From contig OZ024740.1 of the NCBI GenBank assembly GCA_964016885.1, positions 67,890,001-67,954,000 of the forward strand: a stretch of DNA of 64,000 bases. The letters run 5' to 3'. The DNA comes from Eledone cirrhosa. Lineage: Eukaryota. This document shows positions 1 through 12,980 of the stretch, one piece after another; positions within the stretch are counted from its first letter, which is position 1, and each line of letters begins with the position of its first letter. The notes beneath the pieces were generated by a model. The model made no database searches, was not told where the DNA came from, and saw only the letters and a program-made list of their open reading frames with translations. The translations under genes and the position numbers were made by a program.

Positions 1-71
1 AATATATAGACAGACTGAACAAAAAAAAAATGGCGTAGACATACAACACAACAGGAGGAACAATGAATATA

Positions 72-114
72 ACACCACTGACGATGTTGCAGATGTGCAA
101 CGAAAGATTTATGT
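72..114 (+). ncRNA. Degenerate minimal hammerhead ribozyme in a PLE 3'/pLTR remnant (1-325)
   Basis: CTGACGA(78-84)-T-GTTGCA/GATG/TGCAAC-GAAA-GATT-TA; stem I is weak. Flanks share AAAATGGCGTAG and ATGACCCTCCC..ATAACAATA with the 3' UTR of the PLE at 9127-9390. Confidence 0.45.
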
Positions 115-319
115 AAACTATATATATATGTGTTTGTCTATATTGTATCTGTATTATTTTTTGACCGCCGGTCAGTCAATGGCAACATTGAGGACCGAGT
201 AAGTTAGATCGCAGATATATATATATAAAAGACAGCGAGAAGCGAAAACCAACCAAACAGTGAGTGTGTTCTGTTATTAATTCTGGCAATATTACGCAAA
301 TATGACCCTCCCCAAATAT

Positions 320-521
<202 letters not shown>

Positions 522-683
522 AAGTTGTAATATAATGAAACGAAATTTCATTTCTCACACTTAGTACGGCACTTACTTAAATGTAAGTATGTATGTAGAC
601 GTACATACATATATGTATACAGACGTTAATTTTCATAAGGAAAGTATATACTTTCGAAAGTTCAACTATCTGGCAGAAGGGTA

Positions 684-728
684 TACGGTGCTGATGATAG
701 CTAACAAGCTTGAAACTAGTACATCGTA
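684..728 (+). ncRNA. Minimal type I hammerhead ribozyme, copy 1
   Basis: Stem I TACGGTG/CATCGTA; CTGATGA; T-AGCT-AACA-AGCT-T (stem II with a U.U closing pair); GAAA; palindromic ACTAGT stem III; predicted cleavage after GUA. Confidence 0.75.
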
Positions 729-882
729 CCTGTGTCAGTGTTGAACAAAAAGGTGACGTGGTTGCCTTAACACCGTATGGCATAAATCAGGCTGTTCGCT
801 TGTTTACAAACGGACAAAGCGGGCGTTATAATAAACGTTCGCTAAACTGATACGTACATATATATATGTGTACCTGTATGTA

Positions 883-977
<95 letters not shown>

Positions 978-986
978 GTGTATATA

Positions 987-1038
<52 letters not shown>

Positions 1039-1041
<3 letters not shown>

Positions 1042-1950
1042 GCGATTTAAAGATTTACAGAAACCCAAGAAGCTAGATTTACCATCTTTCTAGCGGGTGC
1101 GGGTAAGCTTTTTACATTCATATGATTTATTGATTTATTGATATTTTATCTGAGTGACCCGAATCTTCCGGATCGTAATTTTTCGCGCGTATGGTTGATT
1201 TTAGACATGATCTAAGTGTGTTGGTATTTTAACGATAGTTATAGCTCTGATTTATCTGAATTATTGAGCCCTCTGCCACTCATGTCGAATTTTGTTTATC
1301 GTGAACTCGTGCGCCGATTTTTCGATACTCGATTATTCTACTATATTTAGCTCTAGACGTAGCTATTGACCAGTTAATTTTATTGTTCATTTTTTGTCGA
1401 TTCTATTAAATGATGAATAGCTCCTGTTTATTTTAACATGTCTATTGAGCACTCTTATTCGATATGTGATTTTCCACATTCCAGAATATTTTTCGCCGAT
1501 ATAGAGGTTATCTCCCTTGCTGGATTCCATGTGCGTTTTCAGCTAGGGTTGTGCTTTTTTATTCGTCTGGACAAAGCTCGTTGATAAAGTATTTCCTGTC
1601 CGCCGCTCCCTAGAAGTCTTATATATTTTTATGTGGGCTGATAGTGGGCGATTTAAGGATTTACAGAAACCCAAGAAGCTAGATTTACCATCTTTCTAGT
1701 GAGTCCGGGTAAGCTTTTTACATTCATATGATTTATTGATTTATTGATATTTTATCTGAGTGACCCGAATCTTCCGGATCGTAATTTTTCGGTCGTATGG
1801 TTGATTTTAGACATGATCTATGTGTGTTGGTATTTTAACGATAGTTATAGCTCTGATTTATCTGAATTATTGAGCCCTCTGCCATTCATGTCGAATTTTG
1901 TTTATCGTGAACTCGTGCGCCGATTTTTCGATACTCGATTATTCTACTAT
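1039..1950. mobile_element. Non-coding element with ~305-bp direct repeats (606-bp period, 1.5 units) inserted in (TA)n
   Basis: 1039-1346 is repeated at 1645-1950. (TA)n on both sides; no TG..CA ends. Confidence 0.75.
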
Positions 1951-2215
1951 ATATATGTATATATATATATATATATATGCATGCTACTGTACGTCTGTAT
2001 ACATATATGTATGTACGTGTTCATACATACTTACATTTAAGTAAGTGCCGTACTAAGAGTGAGAAATGAAATTTCGATTCATTATATTACAACTTATCGT
2101 TTTCGGTACGCCTGGACGACTGAACTCACTCGATATGCAAATTAGGCTGCTCAGCCGTTAATTTTCATAAGGAAAGTATATACTTTCGAACGTTCAACTA
2201 TCTGGCAGAAGGGTA

Positions 2216-2260
2216 TACGGTGCTGATGATAGCTAACAAGCTTGAAACTAGTACATCGTT
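2216..2260 (+). ncRNA. Minimal type I hammerhead ribozyme, copy 2
   Basis: Same motif as 684-728. Confidence 0.75.
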
Positions 2261-2414
2261 CCTGTGTCAGTGTTGAACAAAAAGGTGACGTGGTTGCCTT
2301 AACACAGTATGGCATAAATCAGGCTGTTCGCTTGTTTACAAACGGTCAAAGCGGGCGTTATAATAAACGTTCGCTAAACTGATACGTACATATATATATG
2401 TGTACCTGTATCTA

Positions 2415-2445
<31 letters not shown>

Positions 2446-2682
2446 GCATGCTACTGTACGTCTGTATACATATATGTATGTACGTGTACATACATACCTA
2501 CATTTAAGTAAGTGCCGTACTAAGAGTGAGAAATGAAATTTCGTTTCATTATATTACACCTTATCGTTTTCGGTACGCCTGGCCGACTGAACTGACTCGA
2601 TATGCAAATTAGGCTGCTCAGCCGTTAATTTTCATAAGGAAAGTATATACTTTCGAACGTTCAACTACTTGGCAGAAGGGTA

Positions 2683-2727
2683 TACGGTGCTGATGATAGC
2701 TAACAAGCTTGAAACTAGTACATCGTT
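2683..2727 (+). ncRNA. Minimal type I hammerhead ribozyme, copy 3
   Basis: Same motif as 684-728. Confidence 0.75.
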
Positions 2728-2889
2728 CCTGTGTCAGTGTTGAACGAAAAGGTGACGTGGTTGCCTTAACACCGTATGGCATAAATCAGGCTGTTCGCTT
2801 GTCTACAAACGGACAAAGCGGGCGTTATAATAAACGTTCGCTAAACTGATACGTACATATATATATGTGTACCTGTATGTATATATGTG

Positions 2890-2930
<41 letters not shown>

Positions 2931-2990
2931 GCATGCTACTGTACGTCTGTATACATATATGTATGTACGTGTACATACATACTTACATTT

Positions 2991-3129
<139 letters not shown>

Positions 3130-3162
3130 TATATGTATATATATATATACATATATATATAC

Positions 3163-3271
<109 letters not shown>

Positions 3272-3332
3272 AGAAAATTATAAACGTAAACATGTAATAG
3301 TGTTTTTGAAACGGTTCGCGAGTTTGAAATTC

Positions 3333-3540
3333 GAAATTAGAAATGATAAGCTTTCACCGTACTTTAGACTAAAGAAATTATTAGCCTGATAGTCGGCTTT
3401 ATATCCCTCGGGGAAATTGAAAAAGATGAGTGTTGCCTTACATTCATCTTTTTCCATTTCTCCGAAGGTTATAAACTCCTCTATCAGGCTAGAAATTTCT
3501 ATAGTCTAAAATACGGTGAAATCTTATAATTTCTAAGTTC
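3333..3540. repeat. Foldback / MITE-like imperfect palindrome
   Basis: ~100-bp arms (GAAATTAGAAAT...GATGAGTGT / ACATTCATC...ATTTCTAAGTTC) around a 6-nt loop. Confidence 0.85.
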
Positions 3541-3559
3541 TTATATATATATATATATG

Positions 3560-3923
3560 TAGAAGTTCTATTTAAATTGTTGGGATACAACAAGCATATA
3601 TATTTAAAACTCATATAAAGCACTTAACAAATTATTGGAGTAAAAATACGATATATTAACAAATGGAAATTATATTTATAAAACCATATTTATTTCATTA
3701 TACATATTTCAAGGACACCAAGTCAAATTATGGTGCGCTTTCATCAGATAAAATATAATATAGATCAGTTTTATAAATATATATTGACATACCTTAAAGA
3801 ATGCGACCATTTTTGTTGGAAGCTCCCGGATAGTGGGGTTATTAAATTTATTTAGTCTATTATGCAAATTAATGTCGGATATGTTTAAATCACAGTAGAT
3901 TTAAAATAAGCCGTTGGAGTATG
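3560..3923 (-). mobile_element. Inverted copy of a PLE pLTR/3' UTR (HHR-like core on the minus strand)
   Basis: 3646-3923 is the reverse complement of 11252-11530. A related copy lies at 54250-54522. Confidence 0.75.
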
Positions 3924-4049
3924 GAGAAAGGGAAAGAAATGAAAAAGTGAAAAAAGAGAAAAAAAGAGCAAACTCTAAGAGGAAAATAAGAAAACAAGAG
4001 AAAGAGGAAGAGAAGGAGAAAGAGAAGAAAAAAAAGGAAAAAAAAGGGA

Positions 4050-4057
<8 letters not shown>

Positions 4058-4118
<61 letters not shown>
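4058..4118. repeat. (AG)n microsatellite in a purine-rich tract
   Basis: Seen directly. Confidence 0.95.
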
Positions 4119-4122
<4 letters not shown>

Positions 4123-4407
4123 GATAGGTTGTTGTATTAGCGTAAATTTTAAGATGAAGTGAAAAAATAAATATTTATTGGATGAGTTAAGAAGAGTAAA
4201 TAAGCGTGAATAGAAAATAAATGGATAATAATAACTGTAGAATTTTATCCAATTTTTAAATATTTAAATATGATTAAATGTTTAGTTTATCAATTAAATT
4301 ATCAATTAAATTATTGACATCTACACATTAAAATTGAGATCTATATGTTATTAAAATCTATATATTATTAAAATTATATATTATTAAAAGAATATATTCA
4401 TATATAT

Positions 4408-4533
<126 letters not shown>

Positions 4534-4687
4534 ATACTTTGGGAGGGTCATGTTGCCAATAAGAAACACACGCACCAGTTGCTTTCACTTCAATTTATTA
4601 TATATTTATAAATTTATAAATTTACAAATTTACAAACCTATACATTTCTGGTTGGTTGGTTCCACAACCAGATAGTTGTTTATATAT

Positions 4688-4732
4688 AGTCATAGTCCTT
4701 TCGTCACACACTCTGTGACCTCTTCAGTGACT
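4688..4732 (-). ncRNA. Minimal type I hammerhead ribozyme (intact core) in the inverted PLE arm
   Basis: Minus strand: AGTCA-CTGAAGA-G-GTCACA/GAGTG/TGTGAC-GAAA-GGAC-TA-TGACT. Confidence 0.8.
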
Positions 4733-5028
4733 GGGGATTCCTTTCTTCGTTTCTGTGCCTTTCCTTTATTCTATCCTACGCCATTTTGTTTCTGTGTGTG
4801 TGTTGTGTGCTCAGTTTGCGCATGCGCCACATCCGGGTGTCTGTGTGTGTTTGTGTTCATTTTTCTATTTGTTTATTTATTTATTTATTTATTGTTGGTT
4901 GGTTGTTTGTTCTATGTGTGTGTGTGTTTTCATTTTGTCCTGTGTGTGTTTTCATTTTCTGTGTGGTTTCCTTGTGTCCTTAATTGTAAGTTGTTTGTTC
5001 TATGTGTGTGTGTGTTTTCATTTTGTCC

Positions 5029-6327
5029 TTAATTGTAAGTTGTGATGTTGCTGTTCCACTCATATGTTCTATTTAATTTTGGTTTTAATTCTTTTATGCT
5101 TACTGCCTCTGTAATTTGCCTAAACATTGCGTCTTTCCTGTGTGTGGATTCTATTTTTATTTCTATGCTCTCTAATCTACCCCTGTATTCTATCTTAGCA
5201 TGTTGGTAGAGCACAGATGATTCTTTATTATCTTGGAGGTCTCGCCAGTGTTCATTTATTCGTTCCCCTATACTACGAGCTGTCTCACCTATGTACACTA
5301 TATTTTTGTTTCTACATTGTCCTTCAGTACATCTTATGCTATACACTACATTTCTAGTTTTACAGTTAATATGGGGGATTATTTTACAGGTTATACATTT
5401 CTTATCTATACATGAGGGTCTTTGGAACGGGTATGTCTTGCTAATAAGTGTTTTTACGGAGGTACCAGGTCTTTCTACTATCTTAATATTGAGATTATGT
5501 TTATTTAGGGCCCTTCTAAATTTGTAGGCTAGTTCGCCTCTAGGGGTTGTATTGATGAACATTACACTCTGGTATTTATTGCTATCATACCATGAGTTTA
5601 TTCTATTGGCCTTGTTCCTAGTTCTTTCTATTCTATTCCAAAATTTGCTCCTATACAAGGGGCAGGTCCCATTTATGTCATTATTTACCATTTTTTCCCA
5701 TTTGGTTATGGCTCCTTTATACACCCTGATTCTATCTCTCTGATTGTAGCCAGTGAACTGCATACGGTGGATGAAGTGTTGTATGTGTCTCTCTAGTTCT
5801 TCGGGGTTGCACATGCGGGACACATTTCTCATCACCCGTACCAAATCCGCAATCAGTATGTTGATTTTGGTATGGTCTGAAATGGCCGAGTTTCGGTGGA
5901 TCAGATGTTTGGAAGTCATGGATTTGGCATAATGGGAATGGAGGATTTGTTTTTGGTTGTTAATGGTATCTAACCAGAGCTCTGTGTCTAGTACAGGTAA
6001 TCGATGGTTGGGGTGTCTACTTGGGTAGTCTATAGTAACTCTAATGCTCTGGTGGATGGAGTTTGCTATTTGCTGGATGCTTTCCATTGTGTTTTTCTCT
6101 AGTTCCTGACTGTTCTTTAGTGGGGGTGTCTTAACTACGATGTTTATATCATCTACGTAGCGGGAGTACATTATCAGGGTTAAGCTGTCTTCTAATTGTT
6201 CATTAAGTTTTTGTTTAAGTCTACTGTCCCACCATACCATGAATAAGTTAGCTATGTCGCCTGCAATGCTAACACCAATGGCTGCTCCTTCCTCTTGGGC
6301 ATATGTTTTACCATTAAATTTGAACAT
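5029..6327 (-). pseudogene. Inverted duplicate of the C-terminal 432 aa of the PLE ORF
   Basis: Nearly identical to the 3' part of 6566-8884, with about a dozen amino-acid differences. Confidence 0.93.
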
Positions 6328-6565
6328 ATGTTCCTACACACAAAATAGGGTAGATAACAACATTGAGCCAGTGGAATGAAACAGGAGTAATTATGAGAGA
6401 CATAGAAACAACCATGAGGCTGAGGCTGTTGGTGGAAATAGAAATAGAAACAACACAACTAACAATAATAATAGCACTAGTACACATAAAGCAGCAGCCT
6501 GGAACTCTCCGTTTTATAACCCCTCCGATAAATCATTCGACCTACGACGAGTCCACGCCACGACT

Positions 6566-8884
6566 TTGCCATTTAACAAACGCACGCAGTTGCCGTCGCA
6601 GGTCGATGAACAAACAGAAGCACAATTTAGTATAGCTAAATCCGAACTTAGAAATATTATAGAACAGTATAGCAAGAAGCATAATAGAATAGAGGCCCAG
6701 CAACTGGGAGAAGAATCTGCAAATGGCTTGCGTAAGCTCATGCAGCGCTCGCGTAATGGAGAGATAGCATTTTTTCCAACAGACAAGTCTGGCAGAATGT
6801 CGGTTGGCAGCCTGCCAAACTACATCCAGGCAATGCAACCCCACATCACTATCACAAGAGAGGTAACACCACAGGAGCATGAGGATAGAGAAAAAGCCCT
6901 CAATGCCCATATGGTGATGTGGACGAATATAATGCAGCCCAACAAAAGGACTGCCAACAACTTCCAGGCCTGGAACAATGACGTGCCAGCGTTGTATGGG
7001 CTTCGAAAAGACCATAAAACGGGCTGGGACCCTGTCGCGGGACCACCAACACGGCCAGTCTGTGGGGCTAACATTGCTAGTAACTACAGACTGTCCTACT
7101 TCCTCTCCCTGATCATACGCCCCATCATTGAGATGTCCCCAGATGTGTGTGACAGCACGGAGGACCTCCTCAGCAGAATCGGCGCGGGTAACCGATCTGG
7201 GGACCTAACAAACTGCATAATAGGCAGTATGTATGTTGTGTCCCTGTATCCATCTATTGACGTGGATTTTGCTGTGGAGAAATGCGTAGAAATGATCAGC
7301 GAGAGCAAGGTTGAGTTCCGTGGGATTGATACCAGTGAGCTGGGACTTCTACTTAAGCTTACCCATAGTAATAGTTACCTAGACACTTATGACCTTAGCA
7401 ACATGTGCCCTACAAGACCAGCAAGAGGCAGACCACCTACCATTACCTCAATGGCCAAGAAAACCCACACACATAGATGGAACGGGTGGACCAGAGCCAT
7501 ACGGACACCCGAAAACCACGATGAACTGAAGAAAATGATTGCACATGCGGTAGGGGCCAGCATAAAATTAACCCTTAAGGAACATATGTTCAAATTTAAT
7601 GGTAAAACATATGCCCAAGAGGAAGGAGCAGCCATTGGTGTTAGCATTGCAGGCGACATAGCTAACTTATTCATGCTATGGTGGGACAGTAGACTTAAAC
7701 AAAAACTTAATGAACAATTAGAAGACAGCTTAATCCTGATAATGTACTCCCGCTACGTAGATGATATAAACATCGTAGTTAAGACACCCCCACTAAAGAA
7801 CAGTCAGGAACTAGTGAAAAACACAATGGAAAGCATCCAGCAAATAGCAAACTCCATCCACCAGAGCATTAGAGTTACTATAGACTACGCAAGTAGACAC
7901 CCCAACCATCGATTACCTGTACTAGACACAGAGCTCTGGTTAGATACCATTAACAACCAAAAACAAATCCTCCATTCCCATTATGCCAAACCCATGACTT
8001 CCAAACATCTGATCCACCGAAACTCGGCTATTTCGGACCATACCAAAATCAACATACTGATTGCGGATTTGGTACGGGTGATGAGAAATATGTCCCGCAT
8101 GTGCAACCCCGAAGAACTAGAGAGACACATACAACACTTCATCCACCGTATGCAGTTCACCGGCTACAATCAGAGAGATAGAATCAGAGTGTATAAAGGA
8201 GCCAGAACCAAATGGGAAAAAATGGTAAATAATGACGTAAATGGGACCTGCCCCTTGTATAGGAGCAAATTATGGAATAGAATAGAAAGAACTAGGAACA
8301 ATGCCAATAGAATAAACTCATGGTATGATAGCAATAAATACCAGAGTGTAATGTTCATCAATACAACCCCTAGAGGCGAACTAGCCTACAAATTTAGAAG
8401 GGCCCTAAATAAACATAATCTCAATATTAAGATAGTAGAAAGACCTGGTACCTCCGTAAAAACACTTATTAGCAAGACATACCCGTTCCAAAGACCCTCA
8501 TGTATAGATAAGAAATGTATAACCTGTAAAATAATCCCCCATATTAACTGTAAAACTAGAAATGTAGTGTATAGCATAAGATGTACTGAAGGACAATGTA
8601 GAAACAAAAATATAGTGTACATAGGTGAGACAGCTCGTAGTATAGGGGAACGAATAAATGAACACTGGCGAGACCTCCAAGATAATAAAGAATCATCTGT
8701 GCTCTACCAACATGCTAAGATAGAATACAGGTGTAGATTAGAGAGCATAGAAATAAAAATAGAATCCACACACAGGAAAGACGCAATGTTTAGGCAAATT
8801 ACAGAGGCAGTAAGCATAAAAGAATTAAAACCAAAATTAAATAGAACATATGAGTGGAACAGCAACATCACAACTTACAATTAA
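6566..8884 (+). CDS. PLE reverse transcriptase + GIY-YIG endonuclease (probably inactive copy)
   Basis: Motifs LYGLRKDHK, PPTRPVCG, GSMYVVSLYPSI (motif A Asp replaced by Tyr), QEEGAAIG, YSRYVDDI, a Cys-rich linker, and NVVYSIRC...YIGETARSIGERINEH. The frame stays open upstream to a TGA at 6377. Confidence 0.92.
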   Translation: MPFNKRTQLPSQVDEQTEAQFSIAKSELRNIIEQYSKKHNRIEAQQLGEESANGLRKLMQRSRNGEIAFFPTDKSGRMSVGSLPNYIQAMQPHITITREVTPQEHEDREKALNAHMVMWTNIMQPNKRTANNFQAWNNDVPALYGLRKDHKTGWDPVAGPPTRPVCGANIASNYRLSYFLSLIIRPIIEMSPDVCDSTEDLLSRIGAGNRSGDLTNCIIGSMYVVSLYPSIDVDFAVEKCVEMISESKVEFRGIDTSELGLLLKLTHSNSYLDTYDLSNMCPTRPARGRPPTITSMAKKTHTHRWNGWTRAIRTPENHDELKKMIAHAVGASIKLTLKEHMFKFNGKTYAQEEGAAIGVSIAGDIANLFMLWWDSRLKQKLNEQLEDSLILIMYSRYVDDINIVVKTPPLKNSQELVKNTMESIQQIANSIHQSIRVTIDYASRHPNHRLPVLDTELWLDTINNQKQILHSHYAKPMTSKHLIHRNSAISDHTKINILIADLVRVMRNMSRMCNPEELERHIQHFIHRMQFTGYNQRDRIRVYKGARTKWEKMVNNDVNGTCPLYRSKLWNRIERTRNNANRINSWYDSNKYQSVMFINTTPRGELAYKFRRALNKHNLNIKIVERPGTSVKTLISKTYPFQRPSCIDKKCITCKIIPHINCKTRNVVYSIRCTEGQCRNKNIVYIGETARSIGERINEHWRDLQDNKESSVLYQHAKIEYRCRLESIEIKIESTHRKDAMFRQITEAVSIKELKPKLNRTYEWNSNITTYN

Positions 8885-9180
8885 GGACAAAATGAAAACA
8901 CACACACACATAGAACAAACAACTTACAATTAAGGACAAAATGAAAACACACAGAAAATGAAAACACACACAGGACAAAATGAAAACACACACGCACATA
9001 GAACAAACAACCAACCAACAATAAATAAATAAATAAATAAACAAATAGAAAAATGAACACAAACACACACAGACACCCGGATGTGGCGCATGCGCAAACT
9101 GAGCACACAACACACACACAGAAACAAAATGGCGTAGGATAGAAGAAAGGAAAGGCACAGAAACGAAGAAAGGAATCCCC

Positions 9181-9225
9181 AGTCACAGAAGAGGTCACAG
9201 AGTGTGTGACGAAAGGACTATGACT
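9181..9225 (+). ncRNA. Hammerhead ribozyme of the PLE 3' UTR, core mutated
   Basis: Same as 4688-4732 but CTGAAGA has become CAGAAGA (T>A at 9187). Confidence 0.75.
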
Positions 9226-9447
9226 ATATATAAACAACTATCTGGTTGTGGAACCAACCAATCAACTAGAAATTTATAGGTTTGTAAATTTGTAAATTTA
9301 TAAATTTATAAATATATAATAAATTGAAGTGAAAGCAACTGGTGCGTGTGTTTCTTATTGGCAACATGACCCTCCCAAAGTATAACAATATCGGTTTCAA
9401 CACACGATTTCAGATAAAGAATCTTGCTAAACAAATTCAGAAACGAA

Positions 9448-9526
<79 letters not shown>

Positions 9527-9702
9527 TGCATACAATAAAATATTTTTTATGTTTAAGATATAGGAATTTTTTTCTAAACTTATAGACTTTTCGGAGAAAT
9601 CGGAGAAAAAATCGGAGAAAAATCATTTCTATGTAATAGCACAACAGCGTGAAGGAAATTAAGTTATTTACTTATATTAAATGTTATACATGTACAGCAA
9701 CG

Positions 9703-10634
9703 CATTTCTAGAATTTCAGAATTTCTAGAATTTCAGCTAATAGGAATATATTTGATGATAAAGTACATTATTACAACGAAGCGTTAGGTAGAGCTTGATA
9801 TAGATATAAAATTAAATACATTGATAATAATAATATAACAACTAACCATAATCTTAACAATGTTAACAACTATAATAGAAAACATTAAAATAATTCGGAA
9901 AACAAAATAAGAAATAGAACTAGGAATATATTATGGTTCGCTCCTCCTTTCTCATTAAATATTAAAACTCCTATTGTTAAACTATTTTTTAAAGCTCTTG
10001 ACAAATGCTTCCCTAGAACACATATATATTACTCAATATTTAATAGACATACTATAAAATTAACTTATTCATCCACCACAAATTTAGCGCAGAATATTAA
10101 TAGAATTAATAATAGAAACTTAAAACCTAACCAAAATACCACTAATAACCTCAGCAATATCCAATTTAGTAATACAGCTCAATTTAATAATACAGCTCCT
10201 AGTGACTTAAATTTTGACAAATGTAACTGTAGAAATAAATCTAACTGTCCGTTAAATAACAATTATTTAGCTCAAACTATAGTATATAATTGTAATGTAA
10301 AAACTAATTTAAATTCATTTAATTATGTAGGATCTACTTCCACAGGTTTTAAATCTCGTTTTAATAAGCATAAATGCTCTTTTACGCATTTAAACAAAAA
10401 ATCTTCAACTTCTCTACCTAGCTTATTAAGAACGTTAAATATTTGTTACTTTGGAATATTATTTCAAAAGCTACTCCATTTAACTCCTCTTCCGAAAATT
10501 GCGATCTTTGTATAGAGGATATATTCTTTATATTAAAAAGCAATAATTCCCTGAACGTAAGAAGCAATCTTTTTAGTTGCTGCAAACATAGATTGATTTC
10601 AACGTTTAAATATAAATTTAAATGTAATATATAA
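9703..10634 (+). pseudogene. Naiad-like PLE remnant (RT thumb + GIY-YIG)
   Basis: Manual translation gives RNRTRNILWFAPPFS...IFNRHTIKLTYS...CNCRNKSNCPLNN...IVYNCNV...YVGSTSTGFKSRFNKH, then a frameshift into WNIISKA...CDLC...CCKHR. In-frame stops at 9796 and 9886. Largely absent from the ORF track. Confidence 0.88.
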
Positions 10635-11251
10635 CTCATTCTATTAAATATATTGAACCTATCGATAAGTCATTAGATTCCTTCATTTGACTGCTTAAAA
10701 CTCATTCTAAAAAAAATTTTTCATAGAAAATTTTTCTAGATAAACATATTGAAAGCTCTTAAAAGGGGGAAAATATTTTCTTTGAAAGTTTCTCCTATAT
10801 TTGAAAGTTTCGATTTTTTCAAAGTTTCTCTTTCTTTTTCTTTGAACATTTCTCATATGGTTATAAAAAATTAAGTTAAACATACTGAGAGTTAAATACT
10901 ATATAAACAAATTTTAATTCATTTTTATACTGAATTTGTAGTCATATTCTTATTATTTTAAATTATATCTTAGAATATATTTTAATATTTTTTTAAAATT
11001 ATATTGGTTTAAAGTTATATTGCTTAAAATTGTATGAGTATATTTCCAAATCGTAATTCCTTTTAAATTCATTTTTATTTTATTTTATATATTATGTACT
11101 TTAAATATATTATGTATTTATATTTATCTTTATATATATGTATCATGCATGTCTACCTGTATGTGTATATATATATGTGTATGTATCTGTGTAGGGGTTG
11201 TGTATATGTATATATACATACAATTCGAATGCACTCTGTTATAAAGGATGT

Positions 11252-11530
11252 CATACTCCAACGGCTTATTTTAAATCCACTGTGATTTAAACATATCCGA
11301 CACTAATTTGCATAATAGACTAAATAAATTTAATAACCCCACTATCCGGGAGCTTCCAACAGAAATGGTCGCATTCTTTAAGGGTATGTCAATATTTATT
11401 TATAAAACTGATCTATATTATATTTTATCTGATGAAAGCGCACCATAATTTGACTCGGTGTCCTTGAAATATGTATAATGAAATAAATATGGTTTTATAA
11501 ATATAGTTTCCATTTGTTAATATATCGTAT
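11252..11530 (+). mobile_element. PLE pLTR/3' UTR with a degenerate HHR (11421-11485)
   Basis: CTGATGA-AAGCGCACC...GGTGTCCTT-GAAA-TATG-TA. Lies downstream of the Naiad remnant and ends at (TA)n. Confidence 0.65.
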
Positions 11531-11596
11531 ATATATATATATATATTTGCAATCACGCAGCACGCCATTTTTTCATATATATATATATAGAGAGAG

Positions 11597-11784
11597 GAAA
11601 AAGTATGACCCCGACGGCAGAGACAAGCCGTTTCAACGGGTATTTCTATGTCCAGAAATAGCCGTCGAAACGGCTTGAGCTCTGCCGACGGTGTCATACT
11701 TTTCAGATTTCCCACTCCACTACCCTAAGTATTGAGGACTCTGGTGCATTATTGTCCATCTGGTTCCTTACCACAATTCCTTTG

Positions 11785-11787
<3 letters not shown>
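11597..11787 (+). mobile_element. Small foldback element (palindrome 11597-11704 plus tail)
   Basis: Imperfect ~50-bp arms. A related element in the opposite orientation lies at 58266-58470. Confidence 0.75.
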
Positions 11788-11818
<31 letters not shown>

Positions 11819-11819
<1 letters not shown>

Positions 11820-11949
11820 TATTTAATATACAAATGGCTTCTACAGGATTAGAACTGTTTCATTCGAAGAAAATCATCAGGACTTTCCTGATGATTTCCT
11901 CCCAATGAAAAAATTCTAGTCCAGTAGAAGCCATTTCTTTATTAAATAT
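11819..11949. repeat. Palindrome made of two back-to-back HHR cores
   Basis: TCATCAG (11874-80) and CTGATGA (11888-94), each followed on its own strand by GAAA-NNNN-TC-TA(G/A)TCC. A relative lies at 53679-53778. Confidence 0.7.
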
Positions 11950-12497
11950 TCATACTCTGCCATGTATTGAGTACCTTACTGTAGTTACTCCCGATCGAAC
12001 TCGTTGTACACATATATGTATTATTATATATATATGTATATAAATCCGAACGCAAATATAAATAATTAGACCACCCGTGACTAATAGAGTCACGTTAACT
12101 TCAAAATATTTTTAAAAAATCAGGTTTACTTAAAAATAATTTTTAAATAATTAACATATACACATACATGTATATAATGTGAAATGAAATATACGTGTGT
12201 GTATGTATATATATAAATGTGTGTGTGTATACATATATATGCATGTGTGTGTACATATATATGTAAGTGTCTGTGATCTGTAAACACTGGTCATAGACAC
12301 ACATATATACACACACATATATGTATGCACACTCACTTACACAACAACACCACAGCTCTCTCTCTTTATTTCTATCTCTCTTTCTCTCTTCAATGTTCCT
12401 TCTCTGTTTCTTCTCCCTCTCTTTATGTCTCTATTTCAATCTACTCTCTCACAACCACTATCTCTTTCTCTCTCTTTCTCTCTCCCAGTCTCTCTCG

Positions 12498-12546
<49 letters not shown>

Positions 12547-12980
12547 TCTGTTTATGAAGGAACCAGGAAAAACCCCATACCCCTCGGGAACCCGTGCTCC
12601 GATTTACGCGAAACTTATTCCATTTGTATTCCCATTTCAAGGTCAACTTCCTTTCAAGGTATTTTCCCATTATGCACCCTTTTGGCTGTATTACATTACA
12701 AACAGGCAAGCAAGCAATCACGGAATTTTAATGGAGAATGTCGGCTAACCTCTGAAACTGAAAGATGTAGGGTTCGATATCTCGCAAGGGCTTCTGTCCA
12801 TATTTCCGTGTCTAGAGATTCTTTACCTGATATTATATCTAGTGATCCACTAATTTTATGGTCACTTGCATTGTGAAAACCTACCTCGAATGCAAATGTT
12901 TTCATTGCTTCTTAAGTCAAACAATTTTTACATACACATACATACATACATACGTACATTCATGCATATCAGGAAATAAT

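Noticed and set aside
6377-6379. In-frame TGA upstream of the PLE ORF as possible recoding
   Set aside because: It lies in a low-complexity region of a copy with other inactivating changes, so a point mutation is the simpler explanation.
9796-9798. In-frame TGA in the Naiad-like remnant as possible selenocysteine (some Naiads encode selenoproteins)
   Set aside because: It falls at the Gly of the usual ..SGY.. motif rather than at a Cys position. The copy also has a TAA and a frameshift, and I recognised no SECIS.
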